The translations under genes were made by a program, and so were the position numbers. Source: an uncultured bacterium (lineage in GTDB: Bacteria; Omnitrophota; Gorgyraeia; Zapsychrales; Aceulaceae). From it: DNA of 64,000 nucleotides. The notes beneath the pieces are model-generated. The model made no database searches, was not told the origin of the DNA, and saw nothing but the letters and a program-made list of their open reading frames with translations. This document shows, piece after piece, positions 28,114-39,589 of this stretch (position 1 is its first letter; each line of letters begins with the position of its first letter). The DNA lies in contig CALGLP010000013.1 of the NCBI GenBank assembly GCA_937930175.1, forward strand, positions 11,764-75,763. Reading direction: 5' to 3'.

Positions 28114-29447
28114 TGCGTATTGCCATTATTGGTTCAGGATATGTTGGTCTTGTGACCGGTATTTGTTTAGCGGATATAGGGCATAGGGTTGTTTGCGTCG
28201 ACAACGACCTCAAAAAGATCCAAAGCCTTAAGGCTCTCAAACTTCCGATTTATGAGCCAGGCCTTGAAGCCTTATTGAAATTAAATGTTGCCAAAAGACG
28301 TTTATCTTTTGCCATTTCTGTGGTTGAGGCGGCCAAAAAAGCGGAGGTTGTTTTTATTGCTGTGGGTACGCCGTCTAAGAAAAGTGGCGAAGCTGATTTA
28401 ACCTATGTTGAAAAAGCTGCGCGCGAGATTGCTAAGGGCATGAATGCCTATAAAGTCATTGTTGAAAAGTCAACAGTCCCTGCGCAGACTGGGCAGCGTA
28501 TTGAACGGGCGATACGTTTGACGCTCAATGAAAAATACAAAGGGCGCAAAGCTAGCCACATTGAGTTTGATGTTGCGTCTAATCCTGAGTTTTTGCGTGA
28601 GGGTTCTGCGGTTGCTGATTTTATGAATCCCGAGCGCATTGTCCTTGGTGTTCAATCGAAAAAAGCTGAGAATATTTTGCGAGAAGTCTATAAGCCCTTG
28701 AACGCGCGTCTGATCGTGACGGACATGAATTCTGCAGAGTTGATTAAGCACGCGTCGAATTCTTTTTTAGCCACGAAGATCTCTTTTATTAATGCGATCA
28801 GCCAGGTTTGTCATCGTGTCGGTGCGGATGTTATGAAGGTGGCTGAGGGTATGGGCTATGATAAGCGTATCGGCAAAGAATTTCTTTGCGCAGGCGTTGG
28901 CTATGGGGGCAGTTGTTTTCCTAAAGATGTGGATGCCTTTATTCGGTTAAGTGAGAATAGCGGGTATGATTTTGCGCTTTTGAAAGAAGTGCGCAATATC
29001 AATGAGGCGCAGAAGAAATTTTTTGTCAAGATGGTCGAGCATGTTTTGTGGAATGTGAAGGGCAAAACCATTGGGGTTTTAGGGCTTTCGTTTAAGCCTA
29101 ATACTGACGATATGCGAAGCGCTCCATCTTTGGATATTATTAAAGATTTGCAAAAAGAGGGTGCTAAGATCAAGGCCTATGACCCTCAGGCCATGCGTAA
29201 AGCTAAAAGCCTTTTAAAATCCGTACAATTGTGTAGAGATCCTTATGCGGTTGCTAAAGGTGCCGACTGTCTTTTACTTCTTACCGAGTGGGAAGATTTT
29301 CGTAGCCTTAATCTTGTGAAAATGCGGAAGCTCATGAATCATGCTCTGATCTTCGATGGCCGAAACTTTTTTTGCAAAGCAGAACTCGCAAAATTTGGTT
29401 TTGAGTATTTTGGCGTCGGGATTAAAAATGAACAACCCCAGCGATAA
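28113..29447 (+). CDS. ugd: UDP-glucose 6-dehydrogenase
   Basis: MRIAIIGSGYVGLVTG Rossmann N-terminus, catalytic GGSCFPKD. Confidence 0.85.
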   Translation: MRIAIIGSGYVGLVTGICLADIGHRVVCVDNDLKKIQSLKALKLPIYEPGLEALLKLNVAKRRLSFAISVVEAAKKAEVVFIAVGTPSKKSGEADLTYVEKAAREIAKGMNAYKVIVEKSTVPAQTGQRIERAIRLTLNEKYKGRKASHIEFDVASNPEFLREGSAVADFMNPERIVLGVQSKKAENILREVYKPLNARLIVTDMNSAELIKHASNSFLATKISFINAISQVCHRVGADVMKVAEGMGYDKRIGKEFLCAGVGYGGSCFPKDVDAFIRLSENSGYDFALLKEVRNINEAQKKFFVKMVEHVLWNVKGKTIGVLGLSFKPNTDDMRSAPSLDIIKDLQKEGAKIKAYDPQAMRKAKSLLKSVQLCRDPYAVAKGADCLLLLTEWEDFRSLNLVKMRKLMNHALIFDGRNFFCKAELAKFGFEYFGVGIKNEQPQR

Positions 29448-29451
29448 AGCC

Positions 29452-30384
29452 ATGAACATACTTGTGACAGGCGGAGCCGGTTTTATTGGTTCGCATTTTA
29501 TTGAGTATCTTTTAAGAACAAATACTCGCTGCCGCGTAGTGAATGTGGATAAGTTAACATATGCGGGGAATCTTCAAAATCTTAAAAGTATTGCTAAGCA
29601 CAAGCGTTATCATTTTGTGCACGCGGATATTTGTGATCAAAAGAAAATGGATGGTATCGTTAAGGGGTGTGATGCGATCATTCATTTGGCCGCGGAAACG
29701 CATGTTGATCGTTCCATTAAGAATTCAGCGGTGTTTGTCGAAACGAATGTGGTTGGGACACAGGTTCTTCTCGAGGCTGGCTTGCGGCACAAGATCAAGC
29801 GGTTTGTTCATGTGAGCACCGATGAAGTGTATGGTAGCCGGGTGAAAGGCTTTTTTAAAGAAACGGATGCGCTTCATCCAAGCAGTCCCTACTCGGCGAG
29901 TAAGGCGGCATCAGATCTTTTGGTCTTGGCGTATGCAAAAACATATAAGATGCCTGTTGTGATCACGCGTTGTTCCAATAATTTTGGCCCTCGCCAGTAT
30001 CCTGAAAAAGTGATTCCTTTGTTTGTGACCAACTTGCTTCATGATAAGCCAGTTCCGCTTTATGCCAAGGGTAGCAATGTGCGCGACTGGATTTATGTCG
30101 AAGATCATTGCGAGGCCATTGACCTTGTTTTTCGCAAAGGGAAGCAAGGGGAAGTTTATAATATCGCTGCGGGATATTATCTGACAAATCTCGAATTGAC
30201 CAAAGAAATCCTTAAGCTTTTGGGAAAGCCTTTGACAATGATCAAGAACGTAGAAGACCGTCCTGGTCATGATTTTCGTTATGCGATTGATAACACAAAA
30301 CTTTGTAGGCTTGGATTTAGACCAAGGCATTCTTTTCAGCAAGGGTTAAAGTCAACCATCAACTGGTATCGTGAACAATGTTAG
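29452..30384 (+). CDS. rfbB: dTDP-glucose 4,6-dehydratase
   Basis: [47 protein letters not shown]. The ORF track starts at 29356; I placed the start at the ATG right after the ugd stop. Confidence 0.8.
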   Translation: MNILVTGGAGFIGSHFIEYLLRTNTRCRVVNVDKLTYAGNLQNLKSIAKHKRYHFVHADICDQKKMDGIVKGCDAIIHLAAETHVDRSIKNSAVFVETNVVGTQVLLEAGLRHKIKRFVHVSTDEVYGSRVKGFFKETDALHPSSPYSASKAASDLLVLAYAKTYKMPVVITRCSNNFGPRQYPEKVIPLFVTNLLHDKPVPLYAKGSNVRDWIYVEDHCEAIDLVFRKGKQGEVYNIAAGYYLTNLELTKEILKLLGKPLTMIKNVEDRPGHDFRYAIDNTKLCRLGFRPRHSFQQGLKSTINWYREQC

Positions 30385-31682
30385 TGAAGACATTAAAGCA
30401 AAGGATCCAGACAAAGAAAGCCAAAATTGCCGTGATTGGTTTAGGGTACGTTGGCCTTCCGCTTGCAGTGAGTTTTGCGCGCGTTGGGTTTAAGGTGTCT
30501 GGCCTTGATAAAAGCCAGGCGCGTGTTTTGCGTATTGCCAAGGGAAAGAATTATAATGAAGATGTTTCGCTCTTGGAGATCGCGACGCTTCTGAAGCGAA
30601 AAGTTTTTGAGGTTTCAACCAATCTTGCTTTGATGGCGAATGCGGATGTGATTATTATCTGTGTTCCCACACCTCTTAAGACAAAATATACTCCGGATAT
30701 TTCCTATATTGTCGGCGCGGTTAAAGAAATTCGAAAGCATGTCCGCAAGGGGATGCTGATTGTTTTGGAAAGCACGACGTTTCCTGGCACAACCGAGGAG
30801 TTGATCAAGCCATTGCTTGAAGAAAGTGGCCTGAAGGCTGCGGAAGATTTCTTTCTTGTGTTTTCGCCAGAGCGCATTGACCCCGGGAATAAACATTTTT
30901 CTGTCACTAAGATCCCTAAAATTGTTGGGGGGTGCACGCCCCAGGCCGGAGAGCTTGGCAAGGCCTTGTATAGCCAGATCATTAAGAAGGTTCATCTTGT
31001 CTCTTCACCCCGCGCTGCGGAGATGACGAAGCTCTTAGAAAATTCGTTTCGTTTGATCAATATTAGTTGGGTTAATGAGCTTGCCATGATGTGCCATAAG
31101 CTGCATATCGATATCTGGGAAATCATTGAAGCTGCCAAGACCAAGCCTTTTGGTTTTATGCCGTTTTATCCTAGCTTGGGCGTCGGAGGCCACTGTATTC
31201 CCGACGATCCACTGTACCTTTATTGGAAAGCCAAGCATCACGGGATCAGTTCTAAGTTTATTAAGCTCTCTGCTGACACCAATGATCGCGTTCCGGAGTA
31301 TGTTTTGTCTCGTCTCAGGCATCTTCTGCGCCATCAAGGTCAGTGTCAAGCGCGGGCACGTGTTCTCCTGGTCGGCGTGACATACAAAAAAGATGTCAAG
31401 GACCTTCGTCGCTCATCAGTCTTGAAGTTTATGGAGCTTCTTAAAAAAGAAGGCTACGATGTCCAGTATTTTGACCCCTTAGTTCCGTTTTTGAAGATGG
31501 GGCCCCTTGATATGAAATCTGTTAAACTTAATCGTCAGGAGATCTGCAAAGCGGATTGCGTTGTTGTCGCGGTCGCTCATAGCCAAGTCAACTACGGTCT
31601 CATTTTAGCTCACGCGCAATCGATTTTTGACCTTTGCAATGTTTATCAGGGTCAAAAGAAAGCAACGATCGATCGATTATAA
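30378..31682 (+). CDS. Nucleotide-sugar dehydrogenase (WecC/Cap5O-like)
   Basis: [19 protein letters not shown]; UDP-glucose/GDP-mannose dehydrogenase family architecture. Confidence 0.75.
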   Translation: MLVKTLKQRIQTKKAKIAVIGLGYVGLPLAVSFARVGFKVSGLDKSQARVLRIAKGKNYNEDVSLLEIATLLKRKVFEVSTNLALMANADVIIICVPTPLKTKYTPDISYIVGAVKEIRKHVRKGMLIVLESTTFPGTTEELIKPLLEESGLKAAEDFFLVFSPERIDPGNKHFSVTKIPKIVGGCTPQAGELGKALYSQIIKKVHLVSSPRAAEMTKLLENSFRLINISWVNELAMMCHKLHIDIWEIIEAAKTKPFGFMPFYPSLGVGGHCIPDDPLYLYWKAKHHGISSKFIKLSADTNDRVPEYVLSRLRHLLRHQGQCQARARVLLVGVTYKKDVKDLRRSSVLKFMELLKKEGYDVQYFDPLVPFLKMGPLDMKSVKLNRQEICKADCVVVAVAHSQVNYGLILAHAQSIFDLCNVYQGQKKATIDRL

Positions 31683-31693
31683 AGGATACAGCC

Positions 31694-32638
31694 ATGGATA
31701 AAAAAATATTCTTGATCACTGGTGGTGCAGGATTTATTGGAAGCCATTTGTGCGATCGTTTTATCAAAGAAGGTCATCGGGTGTTATGTCTTGATAATCT
31801 CATCACAAGCGAGAAACAAAATATTGAACATCTTCTTAAGAATCCGGATTTTAAATTTATTGAGCATGATATTTCAAAAGAAATTGTGATCGATGAAGAT
31901 GTGCATTATGTTCTGCATTTTGCTTCTCCGGCAAGCCCTATTGATTATAGCGAGCTTCCGATCGAGACCTTAAAGGTTGGCTCTTGGGGCACCTACCATG
32001 CCTTAGGCATTGCGAAGGCCAAGAAGGCAAGATTTCTCTTGGCGTCGACCTCTGAAGTTTATGGCGACCCTTTGGTTCATCCACAAAAAGAAGAGTACTG
32101 GGGGCATGTGAATCCCGTTGGTCCGCGGAGTGTTTACGACGAGGCTAAGCGTTTTGCGGAGGCTATGACCATGGCCTATCATCGCAAGCACAAGGTGGAT
32201 ACCGCGATTATTCGCATTTTTAATACGTATGGCCCACGCATGCGCTTGCGTGATGGCCGCGTGATTCCCAATTTTATTTATCAGATTCTCAATAACAAGC
32301 CATTGACGATTTACGGGACAGGTCAGCAGACACGCTCTTTTTGTTATGTGGATGACTTGGTGGAAGGCATTACACGATTACTTTTTTCTCAGGTTGACAC
32401 GCCTGTTAACATGGGCAACCCTAAAGAATTTTCGATTCTTCAGTTAGCGCAGCTTATACAGAAGATTAGCGGCGAGAAAAAGAGGCTTCTGCGCAAGCCG
32501 CTGCCTCAAGATGATCCTCGGCAGAGACGCCCAGATATTTCTTTAGCAAAAAAATATTTTTCGTGGGAACCTAAAGTACAGCTAGAGCGAGGCCTTAAAA
32601 AAACGTTTGATTGGTTTAAGTGTCAAGATTACAAATAA
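31694..32638 (+). CDS. uxs: UDP-glucuronate decarboxylase (UDP-xylose synthase)-like SDR
   Basis: [19 protein letters not shown]...LDNLITS...YDEAKRFAE, matching the UXS/ArnA-decarboxylase subgroup. Confidence 0.7.
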   Translation: MDKKIFLITGGAGFIGSHLCDRFIKEGHRVLCLDNLITSEKQNIEHLLKNPDFKFIEHDISKEIVIDEDVHYVLHFASPASPIDYSELPIETLKVGSWGTYHALGIAKAKKARFLLASTSEVYGDPLVHPQKEEYWGHVNPVGPRSVYDEAKRFAEAMTMAYHRKHKVDTAIIRIFNTYGPRMRLRDGRVIPNFIYQILNNKPLTIYGTGQQTRSFCYVDDLVEGITRLLFSQVDTPVNMGNPKEFSILQLAQLIQKISGEKKRLLRKPLPQDDPRQRRPDISLAKKYFSWEPKVQLERGLKKTFDWFKCQDYK

Positions 32639-32743
32639 TCCCGCCTGTGCTTCAGGGGTGGGATTATTGGCTCCGAGCAAGCGGCAAGGAGTTTGATGAT
32701 TTTGTAGATTGAGCCTATCAGCAGTTGTACGTGAGTATGAAAT

Positions 32744-33688
32744 ATGAACAAAGAATCTAAAATTCTTATTGTTGGACATGGCGATATTATGGAGCAATCC
32801 TTGGTCAAGGCGTTGCGGGCTAAAGGCTTTTTAAAGGTTGTTTCAAGCTCAGACATTGCCTTGGATACAACGATTCAGAGCTCTGTCTACGAGTTTTTTT
32901 CTGAGGAGCGCCCAGAATATGTTTTTTTAACTTCTATCAAGTCCGGTGGGATTGAGGCCAACGAGAAGAATCCAGCAGCATTTTTCTATGCCAATAGTGA
33001 AAGTCAGAATAATATTGTCTACGCGGCGTATAAGTTTGGTGTCAAGAAGCTGATGTATGTTGCAAGCTCCTGTGTTTATCCTAAGGACGCAGCGCAACCC
33101 ATGGTTCCGGAGTGCTTGATGATGGGCGCAATGGAAAAAACAAGCGAGGCCTATGCCATGGCCAAGCTTGCCGGGATCACGCTTTGTCAGGCATTTAGAA
33201 AACAATATGGTTTTCATGCGATCATTGTTATTCCGGCAACAGTTTATGGTCCTCAAAAGAAGGCTGATCTTGCAACGAGCCATGTCGTTGGAGCCTTGAT
33301 TCAGAAATTTTATCAAGCAAAAGCAGCAAGCCGAGGGGAAGTCATCGTCTGGGGGACAGGAAAGCCAAGGCGAGAATTTCTTTTTTCGGATGATTTTGCC
33401 CAAGCGTGTTTATTTTTGATGGATCATTATGAAGGGTCAGACGTTATCAACATTGGCACTGGGGAAGATGTGGCCATTCAAGATTTAGCGCAAATGATCA
33501 AGGACATCGCGCAATTTCCAGGAAAGATTGTCTTTGATCCAGCAAGGCCTGATGGCGCCATGCGTAAGCTTTTAAATAGTGATGCCATAAAACATTTAGG
33601 GTGGAGTCCTAAGGTTTCTTTGCAGGAAGGTGTCCGCCAAGCCTGGGATCATTATGCGCAAGAACAGGGAAAGGAAAAAGGAAAATGA
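32744..33688 (+). CDS. fcl: GDP-L-fucose synthase (GDP-4-keto-6-deoxymannose 3,5-epimerase/4-reductase)
   Basis: ILIVGHGDIM..., YAMAKLAG, and overall Fcl/WcaG-like organisation. Confidence 0.7.
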   Translation: MNKESKILIVGHGDIMEQSLVKALRAKGFLKVVSSSDIALDTTIQSSVYEFFSEERPEYVFLTSIKSGGIEANEKNPAAFFYANSESQNNIVYAAYKFGVKKLMYVASSCVYPKDAAQPMVPECLMMGAMEKTSEAYAMAKLAGITLCQAFRKQYGFHAIIVIPATVYGPQKKADLATSHVVGALIQKFYQAKAASRGEVIVWGTGKPRREFLFSDDFAQACLFLMDHYEGSDVINIGTGEDVAIQDLAQMIKDIAQFPGKIVFDPARPDGAMRKLLNSDAIKHLGWSPKVSLQEGVRQAWDHYAQEQGKEKGK

Positions 33689-34617
33689 AGATCTTTGTCA
33701 CAGGGGGAGCCGGGTATATTGGATCGATTCTTGTTCCTGAACTTTTAAAGGAAAAGCATCAGGTGACGGTTTTGGATAATTTTATGTACAATCAGTCATC
33801 GCTACTTGATTGCTGCGCGGATAAGCATTTGACCATTGTTCGCGGCGATGCTAGGGACAAGGCGATTGTTGCACGGCTCACCCAAGACGCTGATGCGATT
33901 TTTCCTTTGGCCTGCTTGACAGGTGCTCCGTTGTGTTCCAAAGATCCTTTAGCTGCGCAGTCTATTATTGTGGATGGGGTGAAGACGATCCTGGATGCGC
34001 GTAGCCGGGATCAAATGATCATTTATCCAACAACCAATAGTGGTTATGGGGTTGGGCAAAAGGATAAGTTTTGTACAGAAAAAACACCACTGCGTCCCAT
34101 CTCCTTGTATGGAAAGCTAAAGTGTGAGGCTGAAAAGATGATCCTCGATTCAGGCCATGGGATCACCCTGCGCCTGGCCACAGCCTTTGGCGTAAGCCCT
34201 CGCATGCGACTAGATCTTTTAGTCAATGATTTTGTGTATCGCGCGGTGTATGATCGGTATGTAGTTTTATTTGAGGCGCATTTTAAGCGCAATTATATTC
34301 ACGTGCGGGATGTGGCGCGTGCGTTTATCCTGGGGCTTACGCATTTTGACCGCATGAAAAATGAGCCCTATAATGTTGGCATTAGCAGTGCCAATTTAAG
34401 CAAATTGGAATTGTGCGAAGAGATCAAAAAGCACGTGAAAGAATTTTATTTTGTGGAGTCAGCCGTCGGGGAAGACCCGGACAAGCGCGACTACGTTGTC
34501 AGCAACGAAAAGATTGAAAAAGCGGGTTTTAAACCCGAGGTCTCATTGTCGGATGGCATTGAAGAGCTTGTGAAAGGGTATCAGGTCATCAAGCGCAATC
34601 AGTATGCCAATATCTAA
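33685..34617 (+). CDS. NAD-dependent epimerase/dehydratase family protein
   Basis: MKIFVTGGAGYIGS, SLYGKLKCEAEK (YxxxK). Confidence 0.65.
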   Translation: MKIFVTGGAGYIGSILVPELLKEKHQVTVLDNFMYNQSSLLDCCADKHLTIVRGDARDKAIVARLTQDADAIFPLACLTGAPLCSKDPLAAQSIIVDGVKTILDARSRDQMIIYPTTNSGYGVGQKDKFCTEKTPLRPISLYGKLKCEAEKMILDSGHGITLRLATAFGVSPRMRLDLLVNDFVYRAVYDRYVVLFEAHFKRNYIHVRDVARAFILGLTHFDRMKNEPYNVGISSANLSKLELCEEIKKHVKEFYFVESAVGEDPDKRDYVVSNEKIEKAGFKPEVSLSDGIEELVKGYQVIKRNQYANI

Positions 34618-34630
34618 AAAAGGGGAGTGT

Positions 34631-35458
34631 ATGAACGATCAGCTAAAGAAAAAGGCATGGGAGATCCGTAGGCATGTCCTTAAAATGTGCGTTAAGGCTG
34701 GCACGGGCCACGTCACATCGTCGATGTCGTGCGTTGATATTTTAACAGTGCTCTACCGCGGGTGTGTGATGCGCCATGATCCGGCAAATCCCACATGGCC
34801 AGAGCGCGACCGGTTTATTTTAAGCAAGGGTCAGGCCTCGCCTGCGCTTTACGTGGTCTTGGCGGATTGCGGTTATTTTTCGATGAAGGATTTGGATGGA
34901 TTTGCTCAAGAGGATGGCAAGTTTGGCGTGCATCTTCAAAATAGTGTGCCGGGTGTCGAAATTACTTGCGGGTCCTTGGGGCAGGGTTTTGGTTTTGCTG
35001 CCGGGGTTGCCCTGGGTGCTAAAATGAACCGAGATCTTTTTCTTACCTTTACCCTCTTAGGGGATGGGGAGTGCTACGAAGGCTCGATCTGGGAAACCGC
35101 AATGTTCGCGTCACACAATCATCTTAATAATTTAGTGGCTATTGTTGATCGTAATTATTTGTGTGTTACGGATTTTACGGAAAATATTGTTTCTTTGGAG
35201 CCGATGGCTGATCGTTGGCGTTCGTTTGGTTGGGATGTGATTTGTGTCGACGGGCATTCGATCCCTGAGCTTCTAAAAGCGCTGGATCGTGTTCGTTCGC
35301 GTAAATCAACAAAACCCACCGCGATCATCGCCGATACCGTTAAAGGGGAGGGCGTGGAATCATTTTGTTATCAACCTGTTTGCCATGGCATTGCCCCTAA
35401 GGGCGAGCAAGCCAAGAAGGCGCTTGAAGAACTTGAAAGAAGGTGTAGCTATGAATAA
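34631..35458 (+). CDS. Transketolase, N-terminal subunit (split form)
   Basis: TPP-binding motifs (GTGHVTSS, GSLGQG, LGDGECYEGSIWE). Confidence 0.85.
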   Translation: MNDQLKKKAWEIRRHVLKMCVKAGTGHVTSSMSCVDILTVLYRGCVMRHDPANPTWPERDRFILSKGQASPALYVVLADCGYFSMKDLDGFAQEDGKFGVHLQNSVPGVEITCGSLGQGFGFAAGVALGAKMNRDLFLTFTLLGDGECYEGSIWETAMFASHNHLNNLVAIVDRNYLCVTDFTENIVSLEPMADRWRSFGWDVICVDGHSIPELLKALDRVRSRKSTKPTAIIADTVKGEGVESFCYQPVCHGIAPKGEQAKKALEELERRCSYE

Positions 35459-36380
35459 TCTGACACAACGCGATGCTTTTTGGGAGAAAGTGTATAGCCT
35501 AGCCAAAGACAACAAAGATATTGTTGTTGTCTCCGCGGACATGGGCGCGCCGTCTTTGGATCAATTTCGAAGAGATCTTGCCGCGCAGTTTGTTAATGTT
35601 GGCATTGCCGAACAAAATGCCATCTTGGTGGCCTCCGGTATGGCCGCTCTTGGCAAGCGAGTTTTTGTCTACGCGATCGCGCCCTTTATTACCTTGCGCT
35701 GTTTAGAGCAAATCAGGGTCAACAATGCCATGATGAAATTTCCTATCACCATTGTCGGTGTTGGCGCGGGTTTTGGGTACGAAGATTCAGGCCCGACGCA
35801 CCATATTACTGAAGATATTGCGATTATGCGTTCGATGCCGAATATTATTATTAACAGCATTTCGGATAGCGTGATGGCGGAAGCTGTCGCGCTTATGTCA
35901 TGCCAGATGAAGGTCGCCAATTATGTTCGCTTGGATCGTTTGACGCTGCCTTCCCTTTATAAAAAGGGTGAGGACTTTTCTCAAGGTATTGCTGTTTTGA
36001 AAAAAGGTGATAGTTATATTGTTTCGACAGGAAGCATGGTTCATGTGGCGCTTGAGGTTGCAAGGCAATTAAAGAAGAAGGGCTTACATGTCGGCGTTAT
36101 CGATGCCTATACGATCCCGTTGCAGGAGAAGAATTTGATCTCCGCGATCAAGGGAACAAAGAAGCTAATCGCCCTGGAAGAGCATTTTCTCGCCGGAGGT
36201 CTCAGTAGCGCGGTGTGCGAGGCGTTGCAAGACCATGGCGTTGTGATCCCTGTTTTGCGTATTGGCCTTGATCCTCACAAAGGATATTGTTATAAATACG
36301 GCGGGCGCGAGATCATTCGTAAATATTACGGTATCGATGCCGCAAGCGTCACCAAAAAGGTATTAACCTTTTTAAAATAA
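35451..36380 (+). CDS. Transketolase, C-terminal subunit (split form)
   Basis: Pyrimidine-binding and C-terminal TK domains. Start overlaps the upstream stop (ATGAATAA). Confidence 0.85.
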   Translation: MNNLTQRDAFWEKVYSLAKDNKDIVVVSADMGAPSLDQFRRDLAAQFVNVGIAEQNAILVASGMAALGKRVFVYAIAPFITLRCLEQIRVNNAMMKFPITIVGVGAGFGYEDSGPTHHITEDIAIMRSMPNIIINSISDSVMAEAVALMSCQMKVANYVRLDRLTLPSLYKKGEDFSQGIAVLKKGDSYIVSTGSMVHVALEVARQLKKKGLHVGVIDAYTIPLQEKNLISAIKGTKKLIALEEHFLAGGLSSAVCEALQDHGVVIPVLRIGLDPHKGYCYKYGGREIIRKYYGIDAASVTKKVLTFLK

Positions 36381-36390
36381 GGAAGGCCGC

Positions 36391-37887
36391 TTGGCGAAAA
36401 TCGATCTTGTCCTTGTTAATCCCAGCAATAAAAAACAGATGTACGGAAGCCTAAGCGAAGGCCTCGTCGGGATTGAGCCTCCTTTATGGATTGGGCTCTT
36501 AGCGGCGTATGTGCGGGATAAGGGTTTCATCGTCAAGATCATTGATGCCGATGCGGAATCTTTAGGCGCGCAAGAAACGATTGAGCGGATCAAAGAATAT
36601 GATCCCCTGGTTGTTGGCCTTGGTGCGATCGGAGCCAACCCCTCGGCTTCCTCAACACCCAAGATGGTTGGTGTTCGACATATCTTAAATCTCGTCCATG
36701 AGCAGAAACTTTCCTTTCAAACATTTATTTATGGCATCCATCCGTCAGCGCTTCCTGAGCGAACCTTAAGAGAGGAGGGATGCGATTTTGTTGTCAGGGG
36801 CGAGGCGTTTTATCCTGTGGAGAAACTTCTTGCGACTATCAAGGCCAAGCGCGAGGATTTGACTATCAAGGGTCTTTGGTATTTAAAAGACAATAAAGTC
36901 GTTGATCAGGGATGGGCTGATGTTATGGATGATTTGGATGCGCTCCCTTTCGTGGCATGGGATTTATTGCCCATGGAAAAATATCGGGCGCACAACTGGC
37001 ATTGTTTTGGCGACATCCATCATCGCGCACCCTATGCGATTATTTATTCAAGCCTGGGGTGTCCTTTTCATTGTCATTATTGTAATATCCATGCCCTTTA
37101 TGGTGGAAAACCAGGCATTCGCTTTCGCAGCCCAGAGCATGTTATTGCCGAAGTGGATTGGCTTTATCAGAATTATCATGTTCGTCACGTGAAGATCTTA
37201 GATGAGCTTTTTGTTATTAACAAAGAGCGCATGTTTGAAATTTGTGATCTTTTGATCAAACGTCACTATGGCATTAATTTCTGGGCCTATGCGCGTGTGG
37301 ATACAGTTTCTGAGGAGATTTTAAAAAAGCTGAAAAAGGCCGGGGTCAATTGGCTCTGTTTTGGGATCGAGGCTGGCTCGCGGGAGGTGCGCCAAGGTGT
37401 AGATAAAGGGCGATTTGATCAAGAGACTGTTAAAAAGGCTATTGCCATGACGCACGCGGCGGGGATCCATGTGATCGGTAATTTTATGTTTGGCCTGCCT
37501 GATGATACTCTTAAGACGATGCAAGAGACTTTGATGCTTGCCCAAGAGCTTAACTGTGAATATGTTAATTTTTATGCCACCATGGCGTATCCGGGTTCTC
37601 CCCTTTATGAGGATGCTCTGGCGCAGGGCGTGGAGCTTCCAGAAAGCTGGAATGGATTTTCTCAATTTAGTCCTGAGACATTACCGTTGCCAACGAAATA
37701 TTTGAAGGCCGCAGAGGTTTTGAAGTTTAGGGACGAAGCCTTTGATGCGTATTACAAGGATCCTCGGTATCTTGCCATGATCCAGGAAAAATTTGGTCAA
37801 GAAACGGTTGATCATATTTACCAAATGTTGCAAAGTAAGCTTCAGCGCAATATTTTATCCCATAACAAGACAGGAGCTCTGCGATGA
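36391..37887 (+). CDS. B12-binding radical SAM protein
   Basis: N-terminal cobalamin-binding domain, CxxxCxxC (CPFHCHYC), and TIM-barrel rSAM core. Probably starts at TTG. Confidence 0.75.
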   Translation: MAKIDLVLVNPSNKKQMYGSLSEGLVGIEPPLWIGLLAAYVRDKGFIVKIIDADAESLGAQETIERIKEYDPLVVGLGAIGANPSASSTPKMVGVRHILNLVHEQKLSFQTFIYGIHPSALPERTLREEGCDFVVRGEAFYPVEKLLATIKAKREDLTIKGLWYLKDNKVVDQGWADVMDDLDALPFVAWDLLPMEKYRAHNWHCFGDIHHRAPYAIIYSSLGCPFHCHYCNIHALYGGKPGIRFRSPEHVIAEVDWLYQNYHVRHVKILDELFVINKERMFEICDLLIKRHYGINFWAYARVDTVSEEILKKLKKAGVNWLCFGIEAGSREVRQGVDKGRFDQETVKKAIAMTHAAGIHVIGNFMFGLPDDTLKTMQETLMLAQELNCEYVNFYATMAYPGSPLYEDALAQGVELPESWNGFSQFSPETLPLPTKYLKAAEVLKFRDEAFDAYYKDPRYLAMIQEKFGQETVDHIYQMLQSKLQRNILSHNKTGALR

Positions 37888-38882
37888 TCATAAGCCGCAC
37901 ACCATTTCGTATTTCTTTTTTTGGAGGAGGAACGGATTATCCCGCATGGTTTGAAGAGCACGGCGGGGCAACCCTGGCCACGACCATCGATAAGTATTGC
38001 TGGATCACGTGTCGACACCTTCCGCCATTTTTTGAGCATAAATCACGCATTGTTTATTCGAAGATCCAAGATCTTAAAGAGGGCGACGTCATCGAGCATC
38101 CCGCGGTGCGCGAGGTGTTTCGCTTTATGAAGATCAAGGAAGGCATCGAGATTCATCATGATGGTGATTTGCCGGCACGCACAGGGCTTGGGTCCAGCTC
38201 GGCTTTTACGGTGGGCCTTTTGAATGTGCTTTATGCTCTCAAGGGTACGATGGTAAGCAAAGAGCGATTAGCCAAGGAGTCGATCTATATCGAACAAAAA
38301 ATGTGCAAGGAAAATGTTGGCTGCCAGGATCAGGCCTTGGCGGCGCATGGAGGATTTAATTATATTGAGTTTGGCGGTGCGCATCATCTGCGCGCGACTA
38401 AGGTGATCATTCCTGAGGAGAAGATGCATGATTTGCAAAGTCATTTGATGTTATTTTTTACAGGATTTTCTCGCAATGCCTCTGAGATCGCGAAACATCA
38501 GATTATCAACATTCCTCAAAAGAAAAAAGATTTCAAGGGCCTTTATCGTATGGCACAAGAGGGATTGGATATGCTTAAAAGTCATGATCTGATGGCTTTT
38601 GGAAGGCTCCTTGATGATTCTTGGAAGATCAAGCGACAGCTTTCTGACAAAATTACTACTCCGCGCATTGATGAAATTTATTCCGCGGCTAAGAAAGCTG
38701 GGGCTTTAGGTGGAAAACTTTTAGGCGCTGGCGGCGGGGGATTTGTCCTCATTTTTGCCCAGCCGCAAAAACAGGCGCGCATACGTAAAAGCCTTCAAGG
38801 ATTGCTTGAAATTCCTTTTCGTTTCGAACGATTAGGATCGCAGATCATTTTCTATCAACCGGATTCAGAAAAAACAACATGA
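37884..38882 (+). CDS. GHMP-family sugar kinase, D-glycero-D-manno-heptose 7-phosphate kinase (HddA)-like
   Basis: MIISRTPFRISFFGGGTDYP and PARTGLGSSSAF (GHMP motifs). The N-terminus matches HddA-type kinases. Confidence 0.7.
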   Translation: MIISRTPFRISFFGGGTDYPAWFEEHGGATLATTIDKYCWITCRHLPPFFEHKSRIVYSKIQDLKEGDVIEHPAVREVFRFMKIKEGIEIHHDGDLPARTGLGSSSAFTVGLLNVLYALKGTMVSKERLAKESIYIEQKMCKENVGCQDQALAAHGGFNYIEFGGAHHLRATKVIIPEEKMHDLQSHLMLFFTGFSRNASEIAKHQIINIPQKKKDFKGLYRMAQEGLDMLKSHDLMAFGRLLDDSWKIKRQLSDKITTPRIDEIYSAAKKAGALGGKLLGAGGGGFVLIFAQPQKQARIRKSLQGLLEIPFRFERLGSQIIFYQPDSEKTT

Positions 38883-39589
38883 CCGCACGTGATTTAAACA
38901 AGATCGATGTCGTTGTGTTAGCCGGAGGGCTTGGGAAACGCTTGAAGCCTAAAACCGGAGATACCCCTAAGGTTCTTGCTGCTGTGAAGGGTATTCCCTT
39001 TCTTGATCTCTTGTTGAAAAATATTTCTTCTCAAGGGTTCCGACGAGTGATTTTGTGCACAGGCTATAAAGCGGAGGTTATTGAAGCGCATTATCAGAAA
39101 TCCAAGCTTGATCTGGAGATTGTTTTCTCACGCGAAGAAACGCCTTTGGGTACCGGGGGAGCCTTTAAGCTTGCACAAAGCAAGATCCAGAGCCCTCTTT
39201 TTTTAGGTCTTAACGGGGATTGTTTTTGTTCTGTGTTGTTTCGTGATTTTATTTTGTTTCATCAGGAAAAAAAAGCCAGAGGTTCTTTAGTTTTGACAAG
39301 GGCGGAAGAAAAAGGTGACTTTGGATCTGTGGTGATCAACCCGCAAGGGGAGATCATGAGTTTTCAGGAGAAGGCGAATCTTGCGTCTTCGCCTTTTGTG
39401 AGTGTGGGTATTTATTGTTTTGAGAAAACGATTTTTGATTGGATGCCCTCGAAAAATAGTTTTTCCATCGAGCATGATCTTTTCCCAAGTTTGATTGGTA
39501 AGTCTTTTTATGGTTTTGTAACTGAGAAAAAGTTTTTAGACATCGGAACCCCAGATCGCTACGATCGCGCTCAAAACGAACTCTGCTAG
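38879..39589 (+). CDS. Sugar-phosphate nucleotidyltransferase (HddC/mannose-1-P guanylyltransferase-like)
   Basis: VVLAGGLGKRLKP signature. Short single-domain NTP-transferase. Confidence 0.7.
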   Translation: MTARDLNKIDVVVLAGGLGKRLKPKTGDTPKVLAAVKGIPFLDLLLKNISSQGFRRVILCTGYKAEVIEAHYQKSKLDLEIVFSREETPLGTGGAFKLAQSKIQSPLFLGLNGDCFCSVLFRDFILFHQEKKARGSLVLTRAEEKGDFGSVVINPQGEIMSFQEKANLASSPFVSVGIYCFEKTIFDWMPSKNSFSIEHDLFPSLIGKSFYGFVTEKKFLDIGTPDRYDRAQNELC